Below are positions 49,233 through 58,990 of a stretch of DNA of 64,000 nucleotides, piece after piece (positions within the stretch are counted from its first letter, which is position 1; every line of letters begins with the position of its first letter). Position numbers and translations under genes: made by a program. The notes beneath the pieces are model-generated. The model did no database searches and had not been told where the DNA came from. It saw nothing but the letters and a program-made list of their open reading frames with translations. This DNA comes from Pseudomonadota bacterium. GTDB lineage: Bacteria > Chloroflexota > UBA5177. The stretch lies in the NCBI GenBank assembly GCA_021324655.1, contig JAJPIP010000041.1, positions 49 to 64,048 on the forward strand. The letters run 5' to 3'.

Positions 49233-49766
49233 GTGTCGGTCGTTGCGGACATCGTGTTCTGGATTGCTGCGATCACGGCTATTGCCGGCGGCGTCGGAGT
49301 TATCGCGGCCCGGTCGCCGATCTATAGCGCCCTCTCATTGATCGCAACGCTGGCGCAGCTGGCCGTTCTCTACATCCTGCTCAATGCGCAATTCATCGCC
49401 GCCGCGCAGATTCTGATCTATGCGGGCGCCGTCATGGTGCTCTTCCTCTTCGTCATCACCTTGCTGGGAATCGAGGGATACCCATTCCTGGGCGCCCAGC
49501 TCCCGTTCCAGAGGCCGGCGGCCGTTATTCTCTCGGCCCTTTTGCTCGCCGGCGTGATATTTTTTGTCGCCGAATCGCCGCACTGGCTCACCGGCGTGCA
49601 CGGAAACTTCACCCAGCAGCTCAATACGGATAACGTGCGTGCGTTCGGCGTGCAGCTGTTCACCACGTTCTTCTTCCCGTTCGAGCTCACCGCTCCACTT
49701 CTCATCGTGGCGATGATCGGGGCAGTGGCTCTCGGAAAGCGGCGCGCCGGAGGGACAGAGATTTGA
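49233..49766 (+). CDS. nuoJ: NADH-quinone oxidoreductase subunit J
   Basis: GTG start with GAGGAG RBS. Hydrophobic ND6-like protein. Confidence 0.9.
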   Translation: MSVVADIVFWIAAITAIAGGVGVIAARSPIYSALSLIATLAQLAVLYILLNAQFIAAAQILIYAGAVMVLFLFVITLLGIEGYPFLGAQLPFQRPAAVILSALLLAGVIFFVAESPHWLTGVHGNFTQQLNTDNVRAFGVQLFTTFFFPFELTAPLLIVAMIGAVALGKRRAGGTEI

Positions 49767-50077
49767 ATCCTCTCGTCCCCGGAGCGGATCACTTCCTCGT
49801 TTTGAGCGCGATTCTTTTCACGCTCGGGGTGATCGGTGTCTTGACCCGGCGCGATCCTCTCATCATTTTCATGTCGATCGAGCTGATGCTCAACTCTGTG
49901 AACCTCTCGTTTGTCACTTTCTCCCACTATTTGAGTTCGGCGGACGGCCAGGTTTTCACCTTCATCATCATGACGGTGGCCGCGGCAGAGGTCGTGGTGG
50001 GCCTGGCCCTCATCGTGTCGATCTTCCAGAGCCGTCAAGAGATCGATGTAGATGAGCTCGATGAGATGAGAGGCTGA
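49763..50077 (+). CDS. nuoK: NADH-quinone oxidoreductase subunit K
   Basis: TTG start overlapping the nuoJ stop. 104 aa ND4L-like, 3 TM. Confidence 0.9.
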   Translation: MNPLVPGADHFLVLSAILFTLGVIGVLTRRDPLIIFMSIELMLNSVNLSFVTFSHYLSSADGQVFTFIIMTVAAAEVVVGLALIVSIFQSRQEIDVDELDEMRG

Positions 50078-50079
50078 CC

Positions 50080-52002
50080 GTGCCGTACGCCGTCTACTTG
50101 ATCTTGTTTTTCCCCTTCCTCGGGTTCGTGCTCAATGCGCTGCTGCCGCTAAACAACCGTGTCGTCAGCCTGGTCGGACCGGGCAGCGTGTTGTTGGCAT
50201 TCGTCTCCGCCGCGTACTCGTTCAACTGGCTGCATGGAAGACCGGACACGCCGCTGGGCCGGAGCTACGACGCGGTGTTCACGCGCTGGGCTCTGGCCGG
50301 CCCGTTCCACCTCAATGTCGGCTTCTTGCTCGATCCCTTGTCCTCGCTGATGACATTGATCATTACGGGCGTCGGCTTTCTGATCCTCGTCTACTCCACC
50401 GGATACATGCGCGGCGAGGATGGGTACCGCCGCTTCTTCGCCCAGATGGATCTCTTCATCCTCGCCATGCTGATCCTGGTCCTGGCGGACAACTACATCT
50501 GGCTGCTGATCGGGTGGGCAGGGGTCGGTCTGACGTCGTATCTGCTCATCGGGTATTACTTCTTGCGCCCCTCGGCGGTAGCCGCCGCGCGCAAGGCGTT
50601 CGTCATGAACGTGATCGGCGACTGGGGCATGATGATCGCCATCTTCATGATGTTTGTGCTGTTCGGCGGCGTGGACTTCAACACCGTCTTCACGAAGGTC
50701 CATGTGCAGCCGTATGACGGGCTGATTCCCACGGTGCTGGCCCTCTTCCTCCTGGTGGGAGCCGTCGCCAAGTCGGCGCAAATACCGCTCTACACCTGGC
50801 TTCCCGACGCGATGGAGGGCCCCACGCCCGTGAGCGCGCTCATCCATGCCGCCACAATGGTCACGGCCGGCGTCTATCTCATCGCGCGCTCTTACCCTAT
50901 CTATCAACAGTCACCGTTTGCCCTGCACGTGGTCGCCTTCATCGGCTGTGCGGGCGTCGTCTTCGCCGCGACCATGGGCCTGGCCAACAACGACATCAAG
51001 CGGGTGCTCGCGTACTCCACCATGAGTCAGATCGCGTATATGTTCTGCGGCGTCGGTGTTGCCGTGTACTCGGCCGGCATGTTTCACCTGCTCGAGCACG
51101 CGTTCTTCAAGGCTCTTTTGTTCATGGGGGCGGGCGCAGTCATGCACGCGCTCGGTGACGAGCTGGACATCCAGAAGATGGGAGGTCTGCGGCATAAACT
51201 GCCGTTCGTCTACTGGACTTTCCTGGTGGGCGTCCTCGCCATCATCGGTACCCCGTTGTTCTCCGGCTTTTTCAGCAAGGAGGATGTGATTGGGGCGGTT
51301 TTCGGGCGCGCGCAGAGCGGAGACGGCTGGGACTGGCTGGTGTGGGCGTTGCTGGTGATCGGCGCCGGCTTGACCGCGATCTACATGTTCCGTCTGTTCT
51401 TTCTCGTCTTCCACGGCGATCCGCGCGACCGCGAGTTGTATGACCACGCGCACGGACCCGGTTGGTCGATGAAAGCGCCCATGTTGGTGCTCTCCGTTCT
51501 CGCCGTCATCGGGGGCTACATCGCGTTTCCCGGCCAGTACAACCTGCTCGATGCGTTCCTGAGTCCGGTCTTTGCCCGCTGGCCCCACAACGGCCCCGCC
51601 ATAGTGGCGCAGCCGTTCTCGCTGGCGTCCATGCTCGCGACTCTGCTTCTCACGCTGGTCGGGTTCCTGGTCGCGTATGCCATCTACTACCGACGCAATC
51701 CGGCTCCACAGCGCGTCGGGAGTCTCGCCCCTGCCGTTTACCGGCTCTTGTACCACCGCTACTACGTCGATGAGATCTACGACGCGGCGTTTGTATGGAC
51801 GACGCGCACGTTCTACCGGCTGACGGACCGTTTCTTCGAGGAAGACACTCTGGACAACATCGTCGATGGATTCGGCGTTGTCACCCGGCTGGCGGGAGGG
51901 TGGCTGCGGGGCGCGCAGACCGGGTTTGTGCGGAACTACGCCCTGGGAATCCTCTTCGGCGCCGTCCTCATCGTCGGCTATTACGTGATAGGTGGGCGTT
52001 GA
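50080..52002 (+). CDS. nuoL: NADH-quinone oxidoreductase subunit L
   Basis: 640 aa ND5-like antiporter subunit with long C-terminal amphipathic helix region. Confidence 0.95.
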   Translation: MPYAVYLILFFPFLGFVLNALLPLNNRVVSLVGPGSVLLAFVSAAYSFNWLHGRPDTPLGRSYDAVFTRWALAGPFHLNVGFLLDPLSSLMTLIITGVGFLILVYSTGYMRGEDGYRRFFAQMDLFILAMLILVLADNYIWLLIGWAGVGLTSYLLIGYYFLRPSAVAAARKAFVMNVIGDWGMMIAIFMMFVLFGGVDFNTVFTKVHVQPYDGLIPTVLALFLLVGAVAKSAQIPLYTWLPDAMEGPTPVSALIHAATMVTAGVYLIARSYPIYQQSPFALHVVAFIGCAGVVFAATMGLANNDIKRVLAYSTMSQIAYMFCGVGVAVYSAGMFHLLEHAFFKALLFMGAGAVMHALGDELDIQKMGGLRHKLPFVYWTFLVGVLAIIGTPLFSGFFSKEDVIGAVFGRAQSGDGWDWLVWALLVIGAGLTAIYMFRLFFLVFHGDPRDRELYDHAHGPGWSMKAPMLVLSVLAVIGGYIAFPGQYNLLDAFLSPVFARWPHNGPAIVAQPFSLASMLATLLLTLVGFLVAYAIYYRRNPAPQRVGSLAPAVYRLLYHRYYVDEIYDAAFVWTTRTFYRLTDRFFEEDTLDNIVDGFGVVTRLAGGWLRGAQTGFVRNYALGILFGAVLIVGYYVIGGR

Positions 52003-53603
52003 TGCCGATTACCACCAACACTCTGCATATCCCTCTGCTCACGATCATCCTCCTGCTTCCGTCTCTCGGAGCCGCCATCTGCTGGGTGGTTCCGAGCGTT
52101 CGCCTCGCCCGTCTTCTGGCTCCTGCGGTCGCGATCATCGACTTCATTCTCAGCGCCTTCGTCCTGGTGGAGTTCCACCTCACGGGGTCGGCGTGGGAGT
52201 TCCAGCTCGCCGACCGCCGCGACTGGATCGAGAGCCTCCCCGGCATCGCCCATCTCGGCATCACGTATTGGCTCGGAGTAGACGGGGTCTCCGTCTTTCT
52301 TGTGGTCTTGACGGGACTCATGATGGCCATCGCCATTGCCGCCGCCACTTTCATGATTACCGAGCGTTTGCGGGCTTTCCTCATTCTCATGCTCTTCCTT
52401 GAGACCGCTCTGTTCGGCGTCTTCATGGCGATCAATCTATTCCTCTTCTTTGTGTTCTGGGAAGCCATGCTCATCCCCAGCTACTTCTTGCTCGGGGTCT
52501 GGGGCGAGGGCCGCCGCTTCTACGCGACGATGAAGTTCCTGGTGTACACGATCTTCGGCAGCTTCTTGATGCTGGTCGGGATCTTTTATCTGTGGTCGCG
52601 TACGGGAACGCTCGACATGGCCGGGCCGTCGGGGCTGGTGGCGCACCCCCTTGACCCAACGGCGCAGACGTGGGTCTTCCTCGCGTTCACTCTGGCTTTC
52701 GCCATCAAGCTGCCGCTTTTCCCATTGCACAGCTGGGCTCCGGACGCGTACAGCGAGTCGCCGGTCCCCTTTCTCATTGCACTCGCCGGCATCATGTCGA
52801 AGGCCGGCGCCTTCGGTTTCATCCGCTACTGCGTCGCCCTTTTCCCCACGGCGGCTCACAATTTCCAGGCGCTCATCTCGATCCTCGCAATCATCGGCAT
52901 GCTGTACGCGGCTGGACTGGCGCTGGTGCAGACGGACATCAAGAGGCTGGTTGCGTACTCCAGCATTAGCCATATGAATCTCATCGTGCTGGGGATCTTT
53001 GCTCTGAACGCGACAGGGATTGATGGATCCGTATTGCAGATGATCAACCACAGCGTCATCATTAGCGGCCTGTTCCTCGCCGTCGCATACATCACGGCGC
53101 GGACGGGGACGCGTCTCTTGCCGCAGATGGGCGGGCTCGGCCGGCGCTGGCCCCTGCTCATGTGGCTGTTTTTCGTGTTCGTCCTGGCCGGGCTGGATCT
53201 CCCCGGCCTGGGCTCCTTTTCCGGGGAGTTCCTCATCCTGCTGGGCGTGTTCCGGGAAAATGCGTGGTATGCGTCGATCGCCGCGGTGACCGTCATCCTT
53301 GCCGCCTGGTACATGATTCGCTTCTTCCAGGACAGCATGAACGGTCCGGAGAAAGAGCCGATCGAGCCGGCGGCGGAACCGGCCGCCGACGCCGGGAGCG
53401 TGTACCAGTTCCCGGTGTTCCAGCGGTTGATTCGCGGTGATCTCCTGCCGGGCGAGATTCTTCTCTACGTCCCTCTCGTGCTCCTGATCCTCTACCTCGG
53501 CGTCAAACCGGTCACGGTCACGCGTCGCGTTGACCCGACGGTGGCGCGCCTGGTGACGCTCGTCAGGTCGGCGCCCTCGCCGGGATTGGGAGGCGGGCCA
53601 TGA
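52002..53603 (+). CDS. nuoM: NADH-quinone oxidoreductase subunit M
   Basis: ATG overlaps the nuoL stop (TGATG). ND4-like. The upstream extension in the ORF track is rejected. Confidence 0.93.
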   Translation: MPITTNTLHIPLLTIILLLPSLGAAICWVVPSVRLARLLAPAVAIIDFILSAFVLVEFHLTGSAWEFQLADRRDWIESLPGIAHLGITYWLGVDGVSVFLVVLTGLMMAIAIAAATFMITERLRAFLILMLFLETALFGVFMAINLFLFFVFWEAMLIPSYFLLGVWGEGRRFYATMKFLVYTIFGSFLMLVGIFYLWSRTGTLDMAGPSGLVAHPLDPTAQTWVFLAFTLAFAIKLPLFPLHSWAPDAYSESPVPFLIALAGIMSKAGAFGFIRYCVALFPTAAHNFQALISILAIIGMLYAAGLALVQTDIKRLVAYSSISHMNLIVLGIFALNATGIDGSVLQMINHSVIISGLFLAVAYITARTGTRLLPQMGGLGRRWPLLMWLFFVFVLAGLDLPGLGSFSGEFLILLGVFRENAWYASIAAVTVILAAWYMIRFFQDSMNGPEKEPIEPAAEPAADAGSVYQFPVFQRLIRGDLLPGEILLYVPLVLLILYLGVKPVTVTRRVDPTVARLVTLVRSAPSPGLGGGP

Positions 53604-55111
53604 TGCTCGTTGTCAGCGTACCCCTCCATGTAACCCTGGCCGACTGGGGCTCGATTCTGCCGGAGCTTGTCGTCACCGGGGGCTTCCTCGTGCTCCTCCT
53701 CGCCGACGCCTTTATCCCGGTACGTCGCACCGAGGTCGCCACGGGTATTGCCCTGCTCACGATCCTTCTTGCGTTCCTCGCCGCGATGAACCTGTGGTCC
53801 CACGGCATGGCGGCCTCTCTTTACGACACGGTCAGCAGCGACAAGTTCGCGGTCTTCTTCGATTTCGTCATCCTCGTCTCGGCGGCGCTGACCGCGCTGC
53901 TCTCGCCCAGCTATATCCGGTACTCGCACTTCGATCCCGGCGAGTTTTACGCCCTGATCCTGGCGTCGGCCGTCGGCATGATGTTTATGGCGGCCGCCAT
54001 CAGTCTGATGGTGATTTTTATCGCCCTCGAGCTCCTGTCCCTCGCTCTCTACATCCTGTCAGGCTTCGAACGATCACGTCCCGAGTCGCAGGAGGCCGGC
54101 TTCAAGTATTTCCTGCTCAGCTCCTTCGCCTCGGCGTTTCTCGTGTATGGCATGGCCATGGTGTACGGGGCCACCGGTACCACGCGGATCCTGCAGATCG
54201 CCACGTGCCTCGGTCATGGGGCGGGCTGCTCGGCAGCGGCATCGGCGAGCCCTCTGCTCTATATCGGTGTCGGGTTGATGCTGGTCGGGTTCGCCTTCAA
54301 GGTGTCCATCGTGCCCTTCCATATGTGGACGCCGGACGTCTATCAGGGCGCACCCACCCCCGTAACGGCCTTCATGTCGGTCACGACCAAAGCAGCGGTC
54401 TTTGCCGCCTTCATCCGCGTCTTCAACTTCGCGCTCGCGCCGATCGAATCGCATTGGTACGGCGTCGTCTGGGCGCTGGCGATCGTGACCATGGTGGTAG
54501 GCAATATCGTCGCCCTGGTGCAGACGAGCATGAAACGCCTTCTTGCATACTCGGGAATCGCCCACGCCGGGTATATTCTCGTCGCGCTCGCCGCCGACAA
54601 CGCGCTCGGCCAGACATCGGTGGCCTTCTACTTCCTGGCGTACGCGTTCATGAATATAGGTGCGTTTGTCGTGGTCGCCGTGATGGAGAGCCAGGAAGGG
54701 CCGGTGGGCGACGAGATCGCCAGTTATCGCGGTCTCTTCTATCGCAATCCCTCGCTGGCCGGGGCCACCGCGGTGTTCATGTTCTCTCTCGCCGGTTTCC
54801 CGCTCACCGCCGGTTTCGTGGCCAAGTACCTCGCCTTCTCAGCGGCGGTGCAGGCACACCATACCGATCTCGCGATTATCGGCGTCCTCACGAGCCTGAT
54901 TTCGATTTACTATTACCTGCGCGTGGTGTATGTCATGCTCCGCCGGCCGGAAGTTCCCGGCGTCCAGTCGCCCCCGACGCCGGCAGCCGCAGATCTCGCG
55001 GCATGGATTGCCGTGGCGGGCACAATTGGCCTCGGCATTATTCCCACCGGCTTCCTTAACCTGGCGACGCAATCCGTCACGGCGATCCGCTATATCTTCG
55101 GGCTGCCGTGA
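53600..55111 (+). CDS. nuoN: NADH-quinone oxidoreductase subunit N
   Basis: ATGA overlap with nuoM. ND2-like, 503 aa. Confidence 0.93.
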   Translation: MMLVVSVPLHVTLADWGSILPELVVTGGFLVLLLADAFIPVRRTEVATGIALLTILLAFLAAMNLWSHGMAASLYDTVSSDKFAVFFDFVILVSAALTALLSPSYIRYSHFDPGEFYALILASAVGMMFMAAAISLMVIFIALELLSLALYILSGFERSRPESQEAGFKYFLLSSFASAFLVYGMAMVYGATGTTRILQIATCLGHGAGCSAAASASPLLYIGVGLMLVGFAFKVSIVPFHMWTPDVYQGAPTPVTAFMSVTTKAAVFAAFIRVFNFALAPIESHWYGVVWALAIVTMVVGNIVALVQTSMKRLLAYSGIAHAGYILVALAADNALGQTSVAFYFLAYAFMNIGAFVVVAVMESQEGPVGDEIASYRGLFYRNPSLAGATAVFMFSLAGFPLTAGFVAKYLAFSAAVQAHHTDLAIIGVLTSLISIYYYLRVVYVMLRRPEVPGVQSPPTPAAADLAAWIAVAGTIGLGIIPTGFLNLATQSVTAIRYIFGLP

Positions 55112-55133
55112 CGGGGCCGAACAGGAGTTTCGG

Positions 55134-56435
55134 GTGGAAGATGAGAAGTTTGACGCGATAGTGGTGGGCGCCGGCCCGGCGGGCTCAGCGGCCGCCTACA
55201 CCATGGCCAAGGCAGGCATGAGCGTCGTCGTGTTCGAGCGCGGGGACTATCCGGGTGCGAAGAACGTGATGGGCGGGGTGCTCTTCCGGGAGGCCGTGGA
55301 GGGCGTCTTCGGGAAGTTCTGGGAGGAGGGCGCGCCGCTGGAGCGCCCGGTGGTCGACCAGCGGCTGTGGATGCTCGGTCAGGAGTCGGTCGTCACCGCG
55401 GGATTCAGGACGCAAGCGTTCGCCGCGCCACCGTACAACGCCTTTACTGTGCTCCGAGCGCAGCTCGACCCGTGGTTTGCCAAGCAAGCCGAGGATGCGG
55501 GCGCGTACCTGATCACGGAGACGCAGGTAACTGACCTGGTGTTCGATGACACGGGCAGGGTCATCGGGGTGCGCACCGGACGCGAGGGGGACCTTTTCGC
55601 CGATGTCGTCATCATGGCGGAGGGCATCAATGCCTTCGCAACCGTCAAGGCGGGCCTGCGCCGGGACTTCACCATGGAAAACGCGGCTCTCGCCGTGAAG
55701 GAGATCCACGCCCTGCCCCCGGAGACCATCAACGATCGCTTCAACCTTCGCGACGGGGAAGGTGCCACGATCTTGCTCCTGGGCGAGTTCTCGCACGACA
55801 TGATGGGGAGCGGCTTCATTTACACAAACAGGGACACTCTCTCGGTCGGCGTTGGGGCCATTGTGAGTCATCTCGTGGAGACGAAAGTGCGCCCGAACGA
55901 CGTGCTGGACGAGATGAAAAAACATCCGGCGGTGCAACCGCTGCTGGCAGGCTCCGAGATCAAGGAATACTCGGCTCACCTCATCCCCGAGGTGAAGTAT
56001 TCCGAGCTGCCGCGTCCGTACGGTGACGGCTACATGCTGGTCGGCGATACCGCCGGCTACGTCAATTTCCTCTTCCAGGAGGGGTGCAATCTCGCCATCG
56101 CGAGCGGCGGGATGGCGGGGAGAGCGGCCGTGGAGGCCTGGGAGAGGAAAGACTATTCCGCCGCGTCGCTCTCCACCTACCAACAGAAACTGGACGACAG
56201 CTTCGTCCTCCAGGATCTCTACGAGCTGCGCAACGGGCCGGCCTTCTTCCGCAATCACCGCGAGTTCTTCGGCATCTACCCCCGCATGCTCAACCAGGCT
56301 GCCGAGGACCTCCTCACCGTCTCAGGGCTCTCGAAGAAGACGGTCGGCATGAGCATCCTGCGGGACCTGCACCGTCAGCGTCCCTTCTGGCGCGTCGGAA
56401 AGGACATGTTCGACGCGGTGCGGGCGTTCATCTAG
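55134..56435 (+). CDS. FAD-dependent oxidoreductase of the FixC (ETF-quinone oxidoreductase) / geranylgeranyl-reductase family
   Basis: GTG start with AGGAG RBS 22 nt after the nuoN stop. 'FDAIVVGAGPAGSAAAYTMAKAGMSVVVFERGDYPGAKNVMGGVL' FAD fold, 433 aa. No FixX-like ferredoxin ORF follows. Confidence 0.75.
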   Translation: MEDEKFDAIVVGAGPAGSAAAYTMAKAGMSVVVFERGDYPGAKNVMGGVLFREAVEGVFGKFWEEGAPLERPVVDQRLWMLGQESVVTAGFRTQAFAAPPYNAFTVLRAQLDPWFAKQAEDAGAYLITETQVTDLVFDDTGRVIGVRTGREGDLFADVVIMAEGINAFATVKAGLRRDFTMENAALAVKEIHALPPETINDRFNLRDGEGATILLLGEFSHDMMGSGFIYTNRDTLSVGVGAIVSHLVETKVRPNDVLDEMKKHPAVQPLLAGSEIKEYSAHLIPEVKYSELPRPYGDGYMLVGDTAGYVNFLFQEGCNLAIASGGMAGRAAVEAWERKDYSAASLSTYQQKLDDSFVLQDLYELRNGPAFFRNHREFFGIYPRMLNQAAEDLLTVSGLSKKTVGMSILRDLHRQRPFWRVGKDMFDAVRAFI

Positions 56436-56447
56436 CCTTTTTTGTCG

Positions 56448-57896
56448 TCAGTAGCTGCGGGCCACGACAACGCGGGCGCGCGCCGGCTCACCACAGACGA
56501 TGCAGGGCCCGTTGGGCTCGGATTCCTCTCCAAACGGGATAACACGCACCGTCGCCTTCTCGCGGGCGAAGGCGCGCTCGCATCCCTGGCCCTCGCACCA
56601 GTTGACGCGGTAGAAGCCGCGCTGCTCCTCCAGGCCGCGGGCCAGGTCCTCCAAGCTGCCCGCCTCGTGGGTGTTCTCGTGGAGGAAGGTCAGGGCTCGC
56701 GCGTAGAGCTGCTGCTGGATCTCCTCCAGCAGGGCGCCGGAGCGGGCCACGAGCTCGGATCGGGGCGTACTTTCCTTGGTGCCGGTATCACGGCGGGCGG
56801 CGACCGCCTGTCCGGCCTCGACATCCCGCGGTCCCACTTCCAGACGGAGCGGCACACCCTTCAACTCCCACTCGTTGAACTTGAAGCCCGGTCGGACCGT
56901 GTCGCGATCGTCAATCTCCACGCGAATGCCGCCGGCGGCCAGGTCGGCGGCGATGCCGGCGACATAGGTCTCGACCGCCGCCCGCTGCTCGTCGTCCCGC
57001 CAGATCGGGACGATGACGGCCTGAATAGGCGCGATACGCGGCGGCAAGATCAATCCCTTCGCGTCGCCGTGAACGAGGACGATGGCCCCGATAAGTCGGG
57101 TGGTGACCGCCCAGCTGGTGGACCAGGGGTTCTTGCGCTCGCCGTCACGATCGAGGAACCAGACGTCGAAGGCTCGGCCGAAATTCTGGCCGAGGTTATG
57201 AGAGGTACCCATCTGCAACGCCTTCCCGTCCTGCATCATGGCTTCCATGGTGTAGGTGATGTCGGCGCCCGCGAACTTCTCGCTCTCCGATTTGCGCCCG
57301 GACATGACGGGTATCGCGAGCTCACCCTCGATGAAGCGAATGTAGAGATCGAGGATGAGCCGCGCCTCGGCGTCGGCCTCCGCGGCAGAGGCGTGCGCGG
57401 TGTGGCCCTCCTGCCACAGGAACTCCATCGTGCGCAGGAACGGCCGCGTGCGGATCTCCCAGCGCACGACATTGGCCCACTGATTCAGCAGCAGCGGAAG
57501 GTCCCGATACGACTGGATCCACTTCCGATACATGTCGTAGATGATCGTCTCGGACGTCGGCCGGACCACCAGCGGCTCGGTCAGCTCCTCGCCGCCGCCG
57601 TGCGTGACAACGGCAAGTTGAGGAGCAAAGCCCTCGACATGCTCCGCTTCCTTCGCGATAAAGGACAGGGGGATGAAGATCGGGAAGTATGCGTTCTTGT
57701 GGCCGGTGGCCTTCAGCTCTCCATCAATCCAGTTCTGAATGAGCTCCCAGACCGCATAGCCGTACTCGCGGATCACCATGCAGCCGCGCACCGGACTGTA
57801 GTCGGCCAGCCCAGCCCTGACAACCAGCCGGTCGTACGGATCACGCGACTCCTCAGTTTCCTCCGCCTCCGGCGTCGTGACCACGTCCTCAGCCAT
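56448..57896 (-). CDS. proS: Proline--tRNA ligase, archaeal/eukaryotic-type (class II, C-terminal zinc-binding domain ending in Tyr)
   Basis: 'REYGYAVWELIQ', 'FLRTMEFLWQEGHTAHAS', and C-terminus '…PCIVCGEPARARVVVARSY'. An alternative start 8 codons upstream lies at 57920. Confidence 0.9.
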   Translation of the reverse strand: MAEDVVTTPEAEETEESRDPYDRLVVRAGLADYSPVRGCMVIREYGYAVWELIQNWIDGELKATGHKNAYFPIFIPLSFIAKEAEHVEGFAPQLAVVTHGGGEELTEPLVVRPTSETIIYDMYRKWIQSYRDLPLLLNQWANVVRWEIRTRPFLRTMEFLWQEGHTAHASAAEADAEARLILDLYIRFIEGELAIPVMSGRKSESEKFAGADITYTMEAMMQDGKALQMGTSHNLGQNFGRAFDVWFLDRDGERKNPWSTSWAVTTRLIGAIVLVHGDAKGLILPPRIAPIQAVIVPIWRDDEQRAAVETYVAGIAADLAAGGIRVEIDDRDTVRPGFKFNEWELKGVPLRLEVGPRDVEAGQAVAARRDTGTKESTPRSELVARSGALLEEIQQQLYARALTFLHENTHEAGSLEDLARGLEEQRGFYRVNWCEGQGCERAFAREKATVRVIPFGEESEPNGPCIVCGEPARARVVVARSY

Positions 57897-58007
57897 AGTC
57901 CCTTCCCTGCTCCATGCCAACGAACCGCCACCGGACGTTCGCGGCCTGGCTTTGTCTCTTAGGGCAGTCTACCCGCTTGCAGACGGCCAACTAGCTCCGC
58001 TGCGTCT

Positions 58008-58955
58008 CTATTCCCAACCCACTCGCCTCGCGAGCCACTCCCTGGCGATCGCCCCCTGCGCTGCCTGAAAGGGACGGAGGGTCGGTAGGCCGGGCGGGAC
58101 CGGCTGTAGGGCGCGGTGCGTGAAGTAGCCCGCGATCGAGGCAAGGACCGCATCAATGCGATCCGGATCAACGTCCCCAGCGCCCTCGAACGCAGAAAGA
58201 AACTCTTCCGGCGGCGGGCCGCCTTGCATCCCCACGCTGGGCGCCATGCCAAGGACGTCGATCCACCACGCGCCGACGGATGCGTTGGGCCAATCGACGA
58301 CGTAGACGCCGTCCTCCGACAGAAGAATGTTGTCGGCGCGCAGGTCGAAGTGCAACAGGGTAAGTCCATGGGCCGCGTCAGGCGCATCAGATTCCAGATG
58401 GGCGAGACGGTCGAGGTGGCGGCGCGACCAGGGATCAAGGTTGGCGGGAGTCTCGGTATGCAGAAGCCGGAAGCCGTTGATGGACTCAGCCAGGATTTCG
58501 GCCGCGGGCGGGGCAGGTACGGGCGCGGGAGTCAGGGCGATAAATTGAGCCGACAGGGCTTCCACGACCCGGTTCAACTCCTCGCGCCGCCACGGCAGTT
58601 TCGGGTTGTGCCCATCGATGACCTCATAGACCAGCGCCAGCCAACCCCGGCTTTCGACGGTGTGCAGCAGCCGCGGGACCCGGGCCTTGCCTTGCAGCGC
58701 CCGCGTCATCTCTGCCTCGCTCGCATAGATGCCGGGACTATATGGGTTCAGTTGCTCGCCGGTGGCTTTGATGAAGAATCTCCGCCCGTCGGCGAGCCGG
58801 ACAGCGCCGGCGAAGGCGGGCGAGAATCCGGCTCGCGCCACGGCGTGTTGCACAACGTGCCCACCCAGACGGGCCTCGATCGCGCCCCTCACATGCGCCG
58901 GCAGATCCTCCCACGTCAATCGCAACCCCGCCGCTTCCGGAAAGTCTTGGGCCAT
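58008..58955 (-). CDS. Aminoglycoside/choline-kinase-type phosphotransferase (APH family)
   Basis: 'LLHFDLRADNILLSEDGVYVVDWPNASVGAWWIDVLG' Brenner/HxDxxxxN plus DxP(W) motifs of the APH/ChoK fold. Confidence 0.8.
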   Translation of the reverse strand: MAQDFPEAAGLRLTWEDLPAHVRGAIEARLGGHVVQHAVARAGFSPAFAGAVRLADGRRFFIKATGEQLNPYSPGIYASEAEMTRALQGKARVPRLLHTVESRGWLALVYEVIDGHNPKLPWRREELNRVVEALSAQFIALTPAPVPAPPAAEILAESINGFRLLHTETPANLDPWSRRHLDRLAHLESDAPDAAHGLTLLHFDLRADNILLSEDGVYVVDWPNASVGAWWIDVLGMAPSVGMQGGPPPEEFLSAFEGAGDVDPDRIDAVLASIAGYFTHRALQPVPPGLPTLRPFQAAQGAIAREWLARRVGWE

Positions 58956-58990
58956 GCGTGAGGATACGTGACTCTCGCGTCTGGAGGCGA

